Shown: positions 51,514 to 61,828 of the stretch, one piece after another
Numbering within the stretch: position 1 is the first letter of the stretch
Layout: each line of letters starts with the position of its first letter
Program-made: the position numbers and the translations under genes
The notes under the pieces: model-generated
What the model was told of the DNA's origin: nothing
Databases searched by the model: none
The model's input: only the letters and a program-made list of their open reading frames with translations
Assembly: GCA_043754515.1 (NCBI GenBank)
Contig: JAYUUO010000150.1
Coordinates: 40,904 to 104,903, forward strand
Length of the DNA stretch: 64,000 bases
From: Armatimonadota bacterium
Lineage (GTDB): Bacteria; Armatimonadota; Armatimonadia; Armatimonadales; Armatimonadaceae
Direction of reading: 5' to 3'

Positions 51514-51972
51514 ATGACCGCCGAAACTTACCTGCGCCGCGCGTTGCTCGCGCCGATTCTCGTACCCGCGCTCGCCGCCGTCCCGCTTATAATCCCGGCG
51601 GGCGTGGGGGATGACGGATCGCCCATGCTTACCTCCAACGTCGCCTCCTTTCTGCTCTGTTCGCTCCTCATTGGTGGCATCCCCTACTTGTGGATGTTGT
51701 ACTCGCGCCGGGAGGAGTTGCGGCGGCTGAGCGGGGGACGACTCGGCGCCGCCCTCATACAGATGCCACTGGATATGCTCCCCTATTTCTGGAAGTTCTG
51801 GGGCGTGGTGACGGCACTCTTGTTGGTCACGATTTGGGGCGCGCTGTATGGGCTGGTCTTTCTTATTGTCGGGACGCTCGCCGTGCCTGTCCTGGGTTAT
51901 GGTTACGTGGCGGCGACGTTCGGGTTCCTACGGGCCTATCAGTGGCTGGGATTGGTGGAGCGGGAGGCGTAA
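51514..51972 (+). CDS. Hypothetical membrane protein (about 4 TM)
   Basis: SD AAGGAG; several hydrophobic helices. Confidence 0.7.
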   Translation: MTAETYLRRALLAPILVPALAAVPLIIPAGVGDDGSPMLTSNVASFLLCSLLIGGIPYLWMLYSRREELRRLSGGRLGAALIQMPLDMLPYFWKFWGVVTALLLVTIWGALYGLVFLIVGTLAVPVLGYGYVAATFGFLRAYQWLGLVEREA

Positions 51973-52074
51973 CCGCCTTCCGCCCTGCCGTTGCGGTGGG
52001 CGAGGCAACCCGCCATCTGAGGCGTGCTGTCTTGTGGAACCGACGCGTCGTGGTGCCGTACAATATGTGTAGCC

Positions 52075-54231
52075 ATGACTCAGACTAAATTTTACATTTC
52101 CGCGATGGACTGTCCGACCGAGGAGCAGATCATCCGTAACGGGTTGAAGCGCGAGACCGGCATCAAGCAACTCGACTTCGACCTGCTGAACCGCGTCCTC
52201 ACCGTTTCGCTCGCGCCGGACGGCGACGCGGGGTCCGTCCGTACCATCCTCAATAGTCTGGGAATGGCAGCCAAACCGCTCGACGAAATGGCCGACGATC
52301 CGGCCATTCCGCAACCGGAATGGCGACGCTGGCTCCTGCCGGGCGCGGCGGGTCTTCTCGCTGCCGCCGCCGAAGTAACCGCGTGGGCGACCGGCAAAGA
52401 CAACTCGATCCCCGTCATAGCGCTCGCGGTGCTGGCACTCGCGCTCGGTGGACAGGATACATTCCGCAAGGGCTGGGTCGCGGTGCGGACGTTCACCCTG
52501 AACATCAACTTCCTGATGACGCTCGCTATCGCGGGTGCCATCGCGGTGGGCCAGTGGCCCGAAGCAGCCATGGTCGCCGTGCTATTCGGTATCGCGGAGC
52601 GGATCGAAGGCTATTCGCTCGACCGTGCCCGGAACGCGGTCGCCGCGCTCATGGACACCGTGCCCGAAACCGCGCGGGTGTGGCACTCGCACGGCGGCGA
52701 CGATCCGGGACACTGGCACGACATGGCGGCGAGCGGGGTATCGGTCGGGGAGCGGGTTCAGGTGCGACCAGGGGAGCGCGTCCCGATCGACGGGCGCGTG
52801 GTGGAAGGGCGTTCGGGTGTCAACCAGTCCGCGCTGACGGGGGAGAGCATCCCGGTAGAGAAAGAGCCGGGGGACGAAGTCTGGGCGGGAAGCGTGAATG
52901 GGCGCGGGGTGCTGGTGTTTGAGACACTGGTCGCGAGTGGCGACACCCGGATTGACCGGATCGCGCGCGCGGTGCAGGCGGCGCAGGCGGACCGCGCCCC
53001 GACCCAGCGGTTCGTTGACAAGTTCGCCCGCGTCTACACGCCGACTGTGGTGGTGCTCGCGCTCCTGCTCGCTGTCGTCCCGCCGCTCCTGGGACTTGGC
53101 TCGTGGCACGACTGGCTGTATAAGGCACTGGTGATGCTGGTAATCGCCTGCCCCTGCGCCCTCGTGCTTTCGACTCCGGTCGCGGTGGTGTCGGGGCTGA
53201 CGGCGGCGGCGAAGAACGGCCTGCTCATAAAAGGCGGTGCGTACCTGGAGGCGGGTGCCCGGCTTCGCGTGATCGCGTTCGATAAGACCGGGACGCTGAC
53301 GAAGGGCAAGCCGGTTGTCACCGACATCGTGCCGCTCGCCGATGATTCCCCCGACGCGCTCCTGCACCTCGCGGCGAGTCTGAACGCGTCCTCGGAGCAC
53401 CCGCTAGCGGGCGCGATTGTCGCGGCGTGCGCGTCGAAACATAGTTGCCAGTTGCCGCTCATCGGCGATTTCGAGGCACTGATCGGGCGCGGCGTGACCG
53501 GGCGGCTCGACGGGCGACGCTACTACATCGGTAACCACCAACTCACCGAGGAGAACCGGGTTTGTAGCGCGGAGGTCGAGGCGGTGATTGATCGCCTGGA
53601 GATCGAAGGGAAAACGCCGGTGGTGCTGACAAGTGACACGCGTTCGCTCGCGGTGCTGGGCGTCGCCGACACGCTCCGCGAAGAGGCGGCGGACACGCTG
53701 AGCCAGTTGCGCGGACTCGGGGTTCAGACCGTGTTGCTATCGGGTGACAGCCAGCGCGTCGCCGACGCGGTCGCGTCGCAGGTCGGAATCGAGTCGGCGC
53801 GGGGCGGGCTACTGCCGGAGGATAAATTGTCCTTCATAGAGTCTCTCCGGTCGCCGCGCCACACGGTCGGGATGGTCGGCGATGGGATCAACGACGCACC
53901 CGCGCTCGCCCGCGCCGACATCGGCTTCTCGGTCGGACAGGGCGGGTCGGACACCGCGACGGAGACGGCGGATGTGGTACTCCTGCACGGCGATCTGACG
54001 AAGCTCGGCTACTTCGTCCGGCTGTCGCGGCGGGTGACGGGGGTACTAACGCAGAACATCGTGCTCGCACTCGTGATCAAGGTCGTCGTGTTCGTGCTCG
54101 CCCTGTTCAACCATGCCACGCTCTGGATGGCGGTGCTCGCCGACGTCGGCACGAGCCTGCTCGTAGTCGGGAACGGCCTGCGGCTTTTGCGGTTCGCGCC
54201 GGATAAGCAGACCCGGACGCGCGACTACTAA
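52075..54231 (+). CDS. Heavy-metal-translocating P1B-type ATPase (Zn/Cd, CadA/ZntA-like)
   Basis: MDCPTEE HMA domain, TGES, CPC, DKTGT, SEHP, GDGINDAPAL, ADVG. Confidence 0.93.
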   Translation: MTQTKFYISAMDCPTEEQIIRNGLKRETGIKQLDFDLLNRVLTVSLAPDGDAGSVRTILNSLGMAAKPLDEMADDPAIPQPEWRRWLLPGAAGLLAAAAEVTAWATGKDNSIPVIALAVLALALGGQDTFRKGWVAVRTFTLNINFLMTLAIAGAIAVGQWPEAAMVAVLFGIAERIEGYSLDRARNAVAALMDTVPETARVWHSHGGDDPGHWHDMAASGVSVGERVQVRPGERVPIDGRVVEGRSGVNQSALTGESIPVEKEPGDEVWAGSVNGRGVLVFETLVASGDTRIDRIARAVQAAQADRAPTQRFVDKFARVYTPTVVVLALLLAVVPPLLGLGSWHDWLYKALVMLVIACPCALVLSTPVAVVSGLTAAAKNGLLIKGGAYLEAGARLRVIAFDKTGTLTKGKPVVTDIVPLADDSPDALLHLAASLNASSEHPLAGAIVAACASKHSCQLPLIGDFEALIGRGVTGRLDGRRYYIGNHQLTEENRVCSAEVEAVIDRLEIEGKTPVVLTSDTRSLAVLGVADTLREEAADTLSQLRGLGVQTVLLSGDSQRVADAVASQVGIESARGGLLPEDKLSFIESLRSPRHTVGMVGDGINDAPALARADIGFSVGQGGSDTATETADVVLLHGDLTKLGYFVRLSRRVTGVLTQNIVLALVIKVVVFVLALFNHATLWMAVLADVGTSLLVVGNGLRLLRFAPDKQTRTRDY

Positions 54232-54287
54232 TAAATGGAACGGGGGTTTGTGAAGCGAGATCCTAACAGTGCGCGGGCAGAGCGAAA

Positions 54288-55290
54288 CTACCCTCTCTCC
54301 CTGGGGAATTGGCCGTGGATATAGAGTGCCCACTTCAGCGGTTCGGCATAAGGAGTGTCGTAACCTCTCGCGACGTATGCACTCAGTTCTGATAGCACCC
54401 CGCTCACTTCGGTGTGGATCCGTGGTTCTTGCTCGGCGAGGAGTACCAGCGCAATAACCGCCGCGTTCACCGTCCAGTCCATAGTGCCGTTTATGAGCGA
54501 TAGCAACATGTCGCGCCGCGATGAGCCATGCCAGCCCTCACCGACATGTGAAATCACCAGTGCGGTGGCAATCTGCACACGGTATAGCCATTGTCACCAC
54601 AACATGTTCTGGTGACGGGCGGGTTTGTCGGGAGCATGAACCATAACGGCTGCGAGATCCCGAACCGCGTCCTCCCCGAGTGATCGCGCCGCATCCTTCG
54701 CCCAGTAGCTCCAGGCGTCCGCCGCGTACCGCTCCCGACCCGCGATCACAATGATTTCCGGTGGCGGTTGTGGAACGTCTACCATCGCAACGAATTCGTC
54801 CCTACTGAAATGCCATAACTGAAACTTCACAGGGAAACGGGGACGGCGTGGATCGGAAGGTCGCGCACTCTCAACCCGGAACGTGGCACGCACGCCTATC
54901 TCATTCAACTCGCGCCAAATGGCATAGCTGGCACTCGGCGACTCGACCCCATCCGAGATAATCAGAAGGCCGTCCATGATGGGTGTGTCGTCGCTGGGTG
55001 CTTTCTGTTCGCTGATACAAGTCAGTGCTTTCCGCGCGACATCAATTACCGCTTCTGCCGTGTAGCACAACCCCAACCCGAAGAACGGGACTGCCCGGCG
55101 GAGCATCGCTGCTACACGGGGATGAGCACTGGCCGCGTGCCACCGCGTTGAGATCTTGCCAGTGCGAGGCGTCCCCGGTCAACTCGTACCGCGCCGCGCA
55201 TAGGCACGCATACGCATACGGGTGTCGGGGATCGGACGCGACCACCGCCGCATAGATCCGCGCCGCCTCCGCGATGTCGCCCCTTGCCAT
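54288..55290 (-). pseudogene. TPR-like protein gene broken by a frameshift and an in-frame TGA
   Basis: ORFs 55042-55290 and 54594-55106 join by deleting 1 nt near 55118-55134; 54288-54578 continues in frame after TGA 54594-54596 (NMLW*QWLYRVQIA). Confidence 0.55.
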
Positions 55291-55436
55291 CCGAGCGTCG
55301 GCAGATTCGGCGGATTCATCTGACGTGTGCCGACAGCGTCCGCCCCGCCCTGCCGTTTTTGGGTATTGCCATCTTACCCCGTTCCAACGTCAGGATTCCG
55401 CAGGGAGCGGAAGCCAGCAGGACTTTTCCATCGGCT

Positions 55437-58187
55437 TCAGGGCGTGGCTAGTTCGTAGTAAAGCGTCGCCGAACCGTCCGGGGCGAGCGTGGAAAGACTC
55501 ACGGTCGCCGCGCCGTTCGCCACCCTGACCGGTATCGGGGAGATGCGCTTGCCGGTCGTGTCCAGCCGCCACGCCTTTAGTTTCGCCGCGTCGGGGCGCG
55601 TCAGGGTTATGGTCGCGGAGCCGCGCCGCACCAGATACGGCAGTTCCCCCAACCCTTCGAGGATGAGGCGATCCGGCGACGAGAACTTCTCCCCCGTGTT
55701 TTGCAGATCGGTCAGGTGCGTCACCAGCAGGCGCTTGCTTGACGCGATGGCGTCCCCTTCGAGCGTGCTGATCGTGATCTCGGCGCGCGAACCGGCCGCG
55801 CGAACCGCGACCGCCCCGTCCTTCCAGGCGGCACCCGGTTCGAGAGTCACCGCGACGGTTTTGTCCGTAGAAACGACGAACTGACCGGTGGCTTTAACCG
55901 CCGTCACGATCTGGTGGGCGGCGGACGTCCCCCGCGCGCGGGCAGGCGGGTACGCCGGTGCAACCCCGCCCCCCCTGCCGAATGTCACCCCGCTAACGGC
56001 GGGGGGAGTAACGTCCGTTACGTTGATCCCGAACTTCGAATTGGTCATGTAGTCCGCTGACCGCAGGAACATATAGCCTGCTTTAGTCGGGCCGATTAGT
56101 TGCTTCGGTGCCACGGTAGATGCTACCACCCTGTTGGACGGTTTGACATCCTCCCTCAGAAACAGCAGTATTCCGACGCGCTCCGACGCCTGGCGGAGCG
56201 GGTCCTGCGCCATGTTGAAGTAGTCGGCCCGTTGCGGCGCGTTAACCGAGTCCCGGCCGTGTGAGTAGGCGAAGTGCCAGATCGCATCCCAGTCCTGGAG
56301 TGCCGACACCGCGCCCATGATCACGCTACCATCGGCGCGGTACCGGTTCGGGAACACGTAGTCCCACTCCGACACCGTGAACGGCTTTCCGTATAGGCGG
56401 GTCATCGCCACGGCAGCAAGTCCTAGCCCGTCCGACGCGGCCGCCGACCCGTTCGCGCTCCACCCTGTGCTCGGAAAACCCCACGACTTCGCCAGGAAGT
56501 TGGGGTGGTCCCAGTAGAAGTGGTTGTCCACGAAGTCGAACGACTGCCGCGTGACCAGGAAGGCCGGGGTTTCCGACCAGCCGTTCAGGTACGTCAGTAG
56601 TGCCCTCGTGCCGATCTCCTTGCGCAGAAAGCCGCTCATCTCGTCCCAGCCGCGCTGGTGCAGGAACGCGAAGAACGCCCCGACATCGCGCCCCGTGGCG
56701 TTGTCCTCAATGCTTGTCGGTAGGGCCGGGATCGGCTGAGCGGTGCCGGGGTACCGCGCCGCGTACCATGTCCGCCACTCCGCCGTGAACAACGCGCGCA
56801 GATCGGGCTTCCACGCCGACAGCCGCCCGTTTGTCAGGTTCGGCTCGTTTATTAGCGAGATCCAAGCGAGCGCGGGTTCATCTTTGTACGCGAGGCCCGT
56901 GTACGGGTTGACATGCGTCAGGAGCTTCTTACTGAACGCCTTCCAGTTCTCCATCGCCGGGCGTGAGACGAGAACCGCGTCTTTGTAGTCGTCGGCACCG
57001 CCTTCCGCGAGTCCCATCTCGGCGGGGCGGATGGGGCGCGAGACGAAAAGGTCGGTCTTGATGTAGATACCGCGCTTCTTCAGTGCCGCCACCAGATAAT
57101 CCAGTTTATCCAGCTGTTCCGGGCGGAACGTCAGTGAGTCGGTTGCTTTCGGCTCGATCAGGTCACCCTCGTAGTGGTGGATACGGACCGTGTTGTAGCC
57201 GAGTCGTTGCAACCGCCTCGCGAGCTGATCCGCCTCCACGTGCTCCAGATAGTTCGCCGTGAACGCCAAGTTGACCCCGTAGAACCGCTCCGATTTGCCC
57301 CGCTTTTTCTCAAAGGCGAAGTGGCCGTCGGGGCGGGTGATCATATGGCCGTACTTGCCCGCCGGTGCGTCTGACAAAAATCCCGAAAAATCGAGCGCGG
57401 AGCCGGACACGATCTCCAGCGACTTCGGTGAGAGGGGAATCCAGTCGGCACTCGCTTGCAGGACCAGCGGCTTCTCCTCGACAATGCTCGCCGCGTCCGG
57501 CAGTTCGATAGTAAACGAAACCGTTTCGGTCTGGCCCGCTTTGAGCGTATGCTCCGTAATCCCGCCGACGCGTATCTCGAAATCCGATCCGCCGAACGAC
57601 CGGTTATCCTGCAAAAACAGGCCGGTACTGCCGGAAGCGGTTACCGTCAGCGCGCCGGAACCGTCCGGCTTCGCGAGCGCGATTGCGCCGTTCTTCCCCT
57701 CCATGATGCGTACCGCGCCCGGCACTGTAGTCAGTGGATACGTTTTCGTACCATCCCCGCCCTTCCAAACCGCCGCCCCGCCGACATAGCCGGACGCCAG
57801 TACGTTCACGGAAACATGAGCCGAATTGACCGGCGTGTCCTTGTCCGCCGTGAGGGAGACCGAGACGCGCAACACCTTGCCGTCGCTGACCACGCTCGGC
57901 TTTACGGTCACGGTGCTCCCCGCCGTGGTCGCGGCGATACCCGCGTCCAGTATCGCGGCACGGTACGCCCAGCCCGGCTCGAAAATACCGGCTCTGACCG
58001 TTACCAGTGTCTGCGTCTCCCCGCGCCGGATGAAAATATCGCCGTTGCGGGCGACCACGGCGTATAAGGGGGGTTTCGAAGCGGGCGCGGGAAGCGCGGC
58101 ATAGGTAGTCACGTGAGTAGCGGAGAAAAGGGTGCCGATTAGTGCCGCGTAGCAAAGCGCGGCAACAAGGCGTCGTTGCGGGGTCAT
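55437..58187 (-). CDS. Large secreted glycoside hydrolase (clan GH-A-like TIM barrel)
   Basis: Signal peptide; RFYGVN, GYNTVRIHH, LDYLVAALKKRGIY, HVNPYTG..YKDEPA, INEP, DNHFYWDHP, VSEW. Confidence 0.75.
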   Translation of the reverse strand: MTPQRRLVAALCYAALIGTLFSATHVTTYAALPAPASKPPLYAVVARNGDIFIRRGETQTLVTVRAGIFEPGWAYRAAILDAGIAATTAGSTVTVKPSVVSDGKVLRVSVSLTADKDTPVNSAHVSVNVLASGYVGGAAVWKGGDGTKTYPLTTVPGAVRIMEGKNGAIALAKPDGSGALTVTASGSTGLFLQDNRSFGGSDFEIRVGGITEHTLKAGQTETVSFTIELPDAASIVEEKPLVLQASADWIPLSPKSLEIVSGSALDFSGFLSDAPAGKYGHMITRPDGHFAFEKKRGKSERFYGVNLAFTANYLEHVEADQLARRLQRLGYNTVRIHHYEGDLIEPKATDSLTFRPEQLDKLDYLVAALKKRGIYIKTDLFVSRPIRPAEMGLAEGGADDYKDAVLVSRPAMENWKAFSKKLLTHVNPYTGLAYKDEPALAWISLINEPNLTNGRLSAWKPDLRALFTAEWRTWYAARYPGTAQPIPALPTSIEDNATGRDVGAFFAFLHQRGWDEMSGFLRKEIGTRALLTYLNGWSETPAFLVTRQSFDFVDNHFYWDHPNFLAKSWGFPSTGWSANGSAAASDGLGLAAVAMTRLYGKPFTVSEWDYVFPNRYRADGSVIMGAVSALQDWDAIWHFAYSHGRDSVNAPQRADYFNMAQDPLRQASERVGILLFLREDVKPSNRVVASTVAPKQLIGPTKAGYMFLRSADYMTNSKFGINVTDVTPPAVSGVTFGRGGGVAPAYPPARARGTSAAHQIVTAVKATGQFVVSTDKTVAVTLEPGAAWKDGAVAVRAAGSRAEITISTLEGDAIASSKRLLVTHLTDLQNTGEKFSSPDRLILEGLGELPYLVRRGSATITLTRPDAAKLKAWRLDTTGKRISPIPVRVANGAATVSLSTLAPDGSATLYYELATP

Positions 58188-58249
58188 ATAACGAGTATAT
58201 CACACCGCGTGGGGCGAGGGCGGGATTTGGTAATTGGTCGGTGCGCGAA

Positions 58250-58272
58250 CGGGAACAATTCATTGCCCGCTC
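58250..58272. repeat. REP-like imperfect palindrome (copy 1)
   Basis: CGGGAACAATTCATTGCCCGCTC; shares ACAATTCAyTGCCCGCTC with 59686-59709. Confidence 0.45.
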
Positions 58273-58398
58273 CCCCGGCTCCCCCGCCGGAGGACGTGTG
58301 ACCGCAGACCCGCGCCCCCAAATCACCCGCGCGCGGCACAAGGCACTCACACCCCAAAGCAATGGCACAACCGCGAAACTAGCGGCATAATGCGCATC

Positions 58399-59604
58399 AT
58401 GGACACAATCCCGAGACCGGGCGAGCCGCTGATTCACACCCTGCTCGACAACGACTTTTACAAACTGACCATGATGAAAGTCGTCTGGGAGCGGTTCCCC
58501 GCCGCCCGCGCCCGCTACCGATTCGTCTGTCGCACGGCGGGCGTTGACCTGCGCCCGCTCGCGGACGTGCTTCGCGAGCAGGTAGCCCGCCTCGCCGATG
58601 CCACGTTCACGGACGAGGAACGGCGGTGGCTGACGCGGTTTCCGTATCTCGGGGCGGGGTTCGTGGACGCTCTGCGCACCTTCCGCCTCGTCGCCGACGA
58701 CGTCAACATCGGGGAGCGGGATGGCCAACTCGAAGTGTTGGTAGACGGCCCCTGGTGGCGGACCATTCTGTGGGAGGTGCCGGTCCTGGCCTTGATCTCG
58801 GAGTTGTACCACCGCGCCGAGGGGCACGATTCGCCGGCGACTCGCGCCGAAGGGTTGCGCCGTGCCGCCGCGAAGGTCGCCTTCCTCGAATCTTCCGCGC
58901 AGTCTGGGCACCGGAATGCCATTCACGTGATTGACATGGGTACGCGCCGCCGCTTCTCCGGCGCGTGGCAACGCGAGGTCATCACGTTCCTGACCGAAAA
59001 GGCGCCGGTCAACTTCACGGGCACCAGCAACATGCGGCTCGCGAACGAGACCGGCTTGCGCTTGTACGGCACGATGGCGCACGAGTACCTATCGGCGTTT
59101 CAGGCGATGGTCCACCCCGCCGACAGCCAGCGTGTCGCGCTCGACACGTGGATGGACGTCTACCGGGGTGACCTGGGTACCGCGCTAACGGACACCATCG
59201 GTATGTCGGCCTTCCTGCGCGACTTCGACCGCAAACTCGCCCTGTCGTTCTCCGGCTGCCGCCAGGACAGCGGCGACCCGCGCGTTTGGGCGGCGCGACT
59301 GATCGCACATTATCATTCCCTCGGCATTAGCCCGCTCACCAAGACCGCCGTGTTTTCGGACAATTTAGACATCCCGAAGGCGTACGCCCTATGTGCCGAG
59401 TTCGCCCACGCGATCAACCCGCTGTTCGGCATCGGCACGAACCTGACCAACGACCTAGGCACGCCGCGTCTTTCCATTGTGATGAAAATGGTCTCGCTGA
59501 ACGGACGCCCGGTCGCGAAGATTAGTGACGAACCTGCGAAGGCGATCTGCGATGACCCGCTTCACCTCGCGTATCTGAAAAAGGTATACGGCGTCGCGGA
59601 GTGA
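58399..59604 (+). CDS. pncB: Nicotinate phosphoribosyltransferase
   Basis: LLDNDFYKLTM, ILWEVP, DMGTRRRFS, GTSN, GTMAHE, RQDSGDP, FGIGTNLTND, AKISDEP. Confidence 0.95.
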   Translation: MDTIPRPGEPLIHTLLDNDFYKLTMMKVVWERFPAARARYRFVCRTAGVDLRPLADVLREQVARLADATFTDEERRWLTRFPYLGAGFVDALRTFRLVADDVNIGERDGQLEVLVDGPWWRTILWEVPVLALISELYHRAEGHDSPATRAEGLRRAAAKVAFLESSAQSGHRNAIHVIDMGTRRRFSGAWQREVITFLTEKAPVNFTGTSNMRLANETGLRLYGTMAHEYLSAFQAMVHPADSQRVALDTWMDVYRGDLGTALTDTIGMSAFLRDFDRKLALSFSGCRQDSGDPRVWAARLIAHYHSLGISPLTKTAVFSDNLDIPKAYALCAEFAHAINPLFGIGTNLTNDLGTPRLSIVMKMVSLNGRPVAKISDEPAKAICDDPLHLAYLKKVYGVAE

Positions 59605-59685
59605 GTGCGGCGGGCTGTGAGCGGGTTGGGGTGCTGGGCGCACTGAGGCGGGGCGTGGGGGGCGGACGATGAGTAGTTTCGTAAA

Positions 59686-59709
59686 GAGCGGACAATTCAC
59701 TGCCCGCTC
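59686..59709. repeat. REP-like imperfect palindrome (copy 2)
   Basis: GAGCGGACA-ATTCAC-TGCCCGCTC hairpin between convergent genes. Confidence 0.45.
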
Positions 59710-59784
59710 ACCGCGAGCGAGGCCCGATCCCCACACACAGGCCGCGCCACGCCCAACCCCCTCACAGCCCAACCCACACCGAAA

Positions 59785-60867
59785 CTACGCCTCGCTCATC
59801 GGCGCGGACGGCGGCTTCTTATCGCGCCGACCGAGCATCCCATCGAGCGAGAACTCGCCGCGTCCGAACATGCCACGCGGCCGCGTGAGCATCAGCACGA
59901 TCAGCAGAATCGCGTACGCGACTAGGCGGTATTGGTTGAACTGCGGGCCGAGCGAGGTGAGCGAATTGCGCAGGATCTCCGGCAGGGCGGTGAGTACCAC
60001 GGCGGCGAGCACCGACCCTGTTATCGAGCCGAGGCCGCCTAGCACTATCATAGTCACGAAGTCGAACGAGCGGACGAAGCCGAACGAGCTACTCTGCACG
60101 TTCTGGTCGAACTGCGCGAAGAGTGCCCCGGCGACGCCCGCGAAGAACGCGCCGATCACGAACGCCTGCACCTTCACCCGCGTGGTGTCAATACCCATCG
60201 CCTGCGCCGCGACCTCGTCCTCGCGCACGGACAGATACTTCAACCCCTCGACCGAAAAGCGCAGACGGTACGCGACCAGTATCACCAGGATCACCACGCC
60301 GTAGACCCAGAAGAAGTTGGAAACGGCGGGGATCGCTATCTTGCCCTGGCTCGGGAAATACTCGCCCGCGAAGCCGCGCGGCCCGCCGATGGCGTCCGTG
60401 TTCTCGACCGCGACCCGGATGATTTCGCCGAAGCCGAGCGTCACGATGGCGAGGTAATCGCCGCGCAATCGGAGCGACGGCAAGCCGACCACGTACCCGA
60501 TAGCCGCCGCGAGACAACCGCCGACCAGCATCGAGAGCAGCATGGCGGGCGCACCCGCTAGAAACCCGGCGAGCGTCGGCGGCATCACGCCGTTCAGAGG
60601 CAGATTCCGGAACAGCGTGTTGTGCGCGTACACCGTGAGTGCCGCCGCCGCGTACGCGCCGACTGCCTGGAACCCGGCATGCCCGATGGAGAACTGCCCC
60701 GTGAAGCCGTTCACCAGGTTAAGCGAGACCGCCATGATGATGGCGATCCCGGACAGCATCACGACCCGGTAAACCACGTCCTGCATGAAGCGCGGCATGA
60801 CGATAGAGAGGGCGAGCAGTGCCGCCGCGACGGCGGCGGTGATGGCGAAGCGTTTAACCAGTTGCAT
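59785..60867 (-). CDS. livM: Branched-chain amino acid ABC transporter permease
   Basis: SLNLVNGFTGQFSIGHAGF, LRLRGDYLAIVTLGFGEI, VREDEVAA..MGI, VLGGLGS. Confidence 0.92.
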   Translation of the reverse strand: MQLVKRFAITAAVAAALLALSIVMPRFMQDVVYRVVMLSGIAIIMAVSLNLVNGFTGQFSIGHAGFQAVGAYAAAALTVYAHNTLFRNLPLNGVMPPTLAGFLAGAPAMLLSMLVGGCLAAAIGYVVGLPSLRLRGDYLAIVTLGFGEIIRVAVENTDAIGGPRGFAGEYFPSQGKIAIPAVSNFFWVYGVVILVILVAYRLRFSVEGLKYLSVREDEVAAQAMGIDTTRVKVQAFVIGAFFAGVAGALFAQFDQNVQSSSFGFVRSFDFVTMIVLGGLGSITGSVLAAVVLTALPEILRNSLTSLGPQFNQYRLVAYAILLIVLMLTRPRGMFGRGEFSLDGMLGRRDKKPPSAPMSEA

Positions 60868-60871
60868 AGAC

Positions 60872-61816
60872 TCAGACTTTTTCCGGCGCGAACTTCCCGA
60901 GCAGCCCCGCGGGGCGCAGAAGCAGAATGACGATGAGGAGCACGAACGCCACGGCGTCGGTGAAGCGCGACGGCTCGAACGAGCCGATTTTAGGCGCACC
61001 CTTCACGAACGACTCGGACAAGCCCATTAGCAAGCCGCCGACCATCGCGCCGGGGATCGAGCCGATGCCGCCAACCACCGCCGCGACGAACGCTTTCAAT
61101 CCCATCTGCACGCCTAGGAGCGGGAATACCTGCGCGTATGTGAACGCGCCGAACAGCATACCCGCCGCGCCCGCCAGCGCGGCCCCTAAGCCGAACGTGA
61201 ACGAGATCACGCCGTCCACGTTGATGCCCATCAGCGACGCGGCTTGCGTGTCGTGCTGCACCGCGCGCATCGCCTTGCCGATTTTGGTGCGGTTCACGAT
61301 GTACCAGAGGATCGTCATCAGCACCACCGCCGCGCCGACCAGCACCATCTGATCCTTCGCCATCGTCACGTCCCCGAAATGGATGGTGGACACGGCGGGG
61401 TTCTGCGGCGTCACGGACGGGTAGAACTTCGGGTCCGCGCCGAACAGGAGTTGCGCGGCGTTCGCTAGAAACAGCGAAACCCCGATGGCGGTGATCAACG
61501 CGGTGAGGCGCGAGGCTTTACGCAGAGGCCGGTACGCCAGCCGCTCGATCAGCAGACCGAGCGCGGCGCAGACCACCATCGTCAGGAGCAGCACGGGTAA
61601 TAGCGCGAGGAGCGCGGCACCCAGCGACGGCTTTTCCGACAGGTGCAACGCCTTCGCGGCGTAGAAGCCGGTGAAGGACCCGATCATGAACACGTCGCCG
61701 TGCGCGAAGTTGATCAAGCCCAGCACCCCGTAGACCATGGTGTAACCGAGCGCGATCAGGGCGTAGATACTGCCCTGCTGGATGCCGTTAATGATTTGTT
61801 GTAAGAATTGCGTCAT
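60872..61816 (-). CDS. livH: Branched-chain amino acid ABC transporter permease
   Basis: GSIYALIALGYTMVYGVLGLINFAHG, GLKAFVAAVVGGIGS, RPAGLLG. Confidence 0.93.
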   Translation of the reverse strand: MTQFLQQIINGIQQGSIYALIALGYTMVYGVLGLINFAHGDVFMIGSFTGFYAAKALHLSEKPSLGAALLALLPVLLLTMVVCAALGLLIERLAYRPLRKASRLTALITAIGVSLFLANAAQLLFGADPKFYPSVTPQNPAVSTIHFGDVTMAKDQMVLVGAAVVLMTILWYIVNRTKIGKAMRAVQHDTQAASLMGINVDGVISFTFGLGAALAGAAGMLFGAFTYAQVFPLLGVQMGLKAFVAAVVGGIGSIPGAMVGGLLMGLSESFVKGAPKIGSFEPSRFTDAVAFVLLIVILLLRPAGLLGKFAPEKV

Positions 61817-61828
61817 AGAGCCAGGTGC

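Noticed and set aside
54594..54596. Selenocysteine or recoded TGA
   Set aside because: Context suggests TGG to TGA nonsense in a gene that also has a frameshift; TGA is a normal stop elsewhere in the window and no redox motif is present
57604..59082. 492-aa - strand ORF and similar long overlapping ORFs (e.g. 61808-62860, 25861-26832)
   Set aside because: Overlap well-supported genes and have Arg/Pro-rich shadow composition
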